From Nemertoderma westbladi (lineage: Eukaryota > Animalia > Xenacoelomorpha), in contig JAUCBJ010004223.1 in the NCBI GenBank assembly GCA_032718475.1, forward strand, positions 19,995 to 83,994: DNA of 64,000 bases. Reading direction: 5' to 3'. Made by a program: the position numbers and the translations under genes. The first letter of the stretch is position 1. Every line of letters starts with the position of its first letter. The notes beneath the pieces are model-generated. The model saw only the letters and a program-made list of their open reading frames with translations, was not told the DNA's origin and did not search any database. Positions 63,464 to 64,000 of the stretch are shown here, piece after piece.

Positions 63464-63922
63464 CTGTCTGGAATTTGAAATGCTTCTATTTCTACATCCG
63501 AATCCGAAGTGTCAATTGCTTGTTGAGAAGATGAAACTGTTTCCATCGCTGCTTGAGGAGGTGGAATCGTATCACGATAAGAAACCTTTCCGCCGTAACT
63601 GTGGCCATTTCTGAGCCTTTTCGTTGCTGAAATTGGTTGGGATGATTTCCGAACGGATTTTAAAGGTAAAACTGATTCATCCGTTTCTTGGCGACCTGGA
63701 ACTGTTTCATCCGTTTCTTGGCGACCTGGAACTGTTTCATCCGTTTCTTGGCGACCTGGAACTGTTTCATCCGTTTCTTGGCGACCTGGAACTGTTTCAC
63801 CCGTTTCTTGGCGACCTAGAACTGATCCAATCGTTTCTTGGGGGGGTGGAATACTGTTACGAGTCGGAACCGTTTCTCGCGAAGCGACCTCAGGGTGACC
63901 TAGAGCAAGAGAGGAACGGTAC
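63464..63922 (-). CDS. Internal exon, low-complexity protein region with 10-aa repeats (QETDETVPGR)
   Basis: Stop-free 459-nt frame between tgtag acceptor (alternative ctctag near 63900) and AG|GTTAGA donor; phase 2 matches exon at 60020. Confidence 0.6.
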
Positions 63923-64000
63923 CTACATTAGGATGTTAGGTAGTTACACAATCTGAAAATCAGTACCTACCAGTACACCAGTCACACAAGGTTAAATATG

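Noticed and set aside
63624-63956. Plus-strand ORF with HPFLGDLELF repeats
   Set aside because: Non-ATG start; antisense shadow of the minus-strand exon that has splice signals

Overview
Repeat-rich eukaryotic (metazoan-like) genomic DNA. The left third holds the first five coding exons of an Arp2 (ACTR2) gene on the minus strand, all splice phases consistent; its 3' exons lie off-window. Its introns are packed with minisatellites, an RTE-clade LINE and a CR1-clade LINE. The middle is a ~23.5 kb 29-bp AT-rich satellite interrupted by an L2/Crack-like LINE and a nested insertion. The right part has a MULE relic (9-bp TSD), an intronless type II membrane DxD-motif gene, a 22-bp minisatellite, a hAT MITE (8-bp TSD), a tRNA-headed SINE and two spliced exons of a Myb/SANT-like gene missed by the ORF track. 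Highlights: (1) a type I hammerhead ribozyme sitting between Pol III A and B boxes of a tRNA-like unit (55930-56030); (2) two tandem 986-bp units inserted in the A box of a tRNA-like sequence with a thrice-repeated target site (Dada-like); (3) an apparently perfect 49-bp array built from an Arp2 exon end plus its 5' splice site. Family assignments come from motif recognition by eye; no database searches were run.
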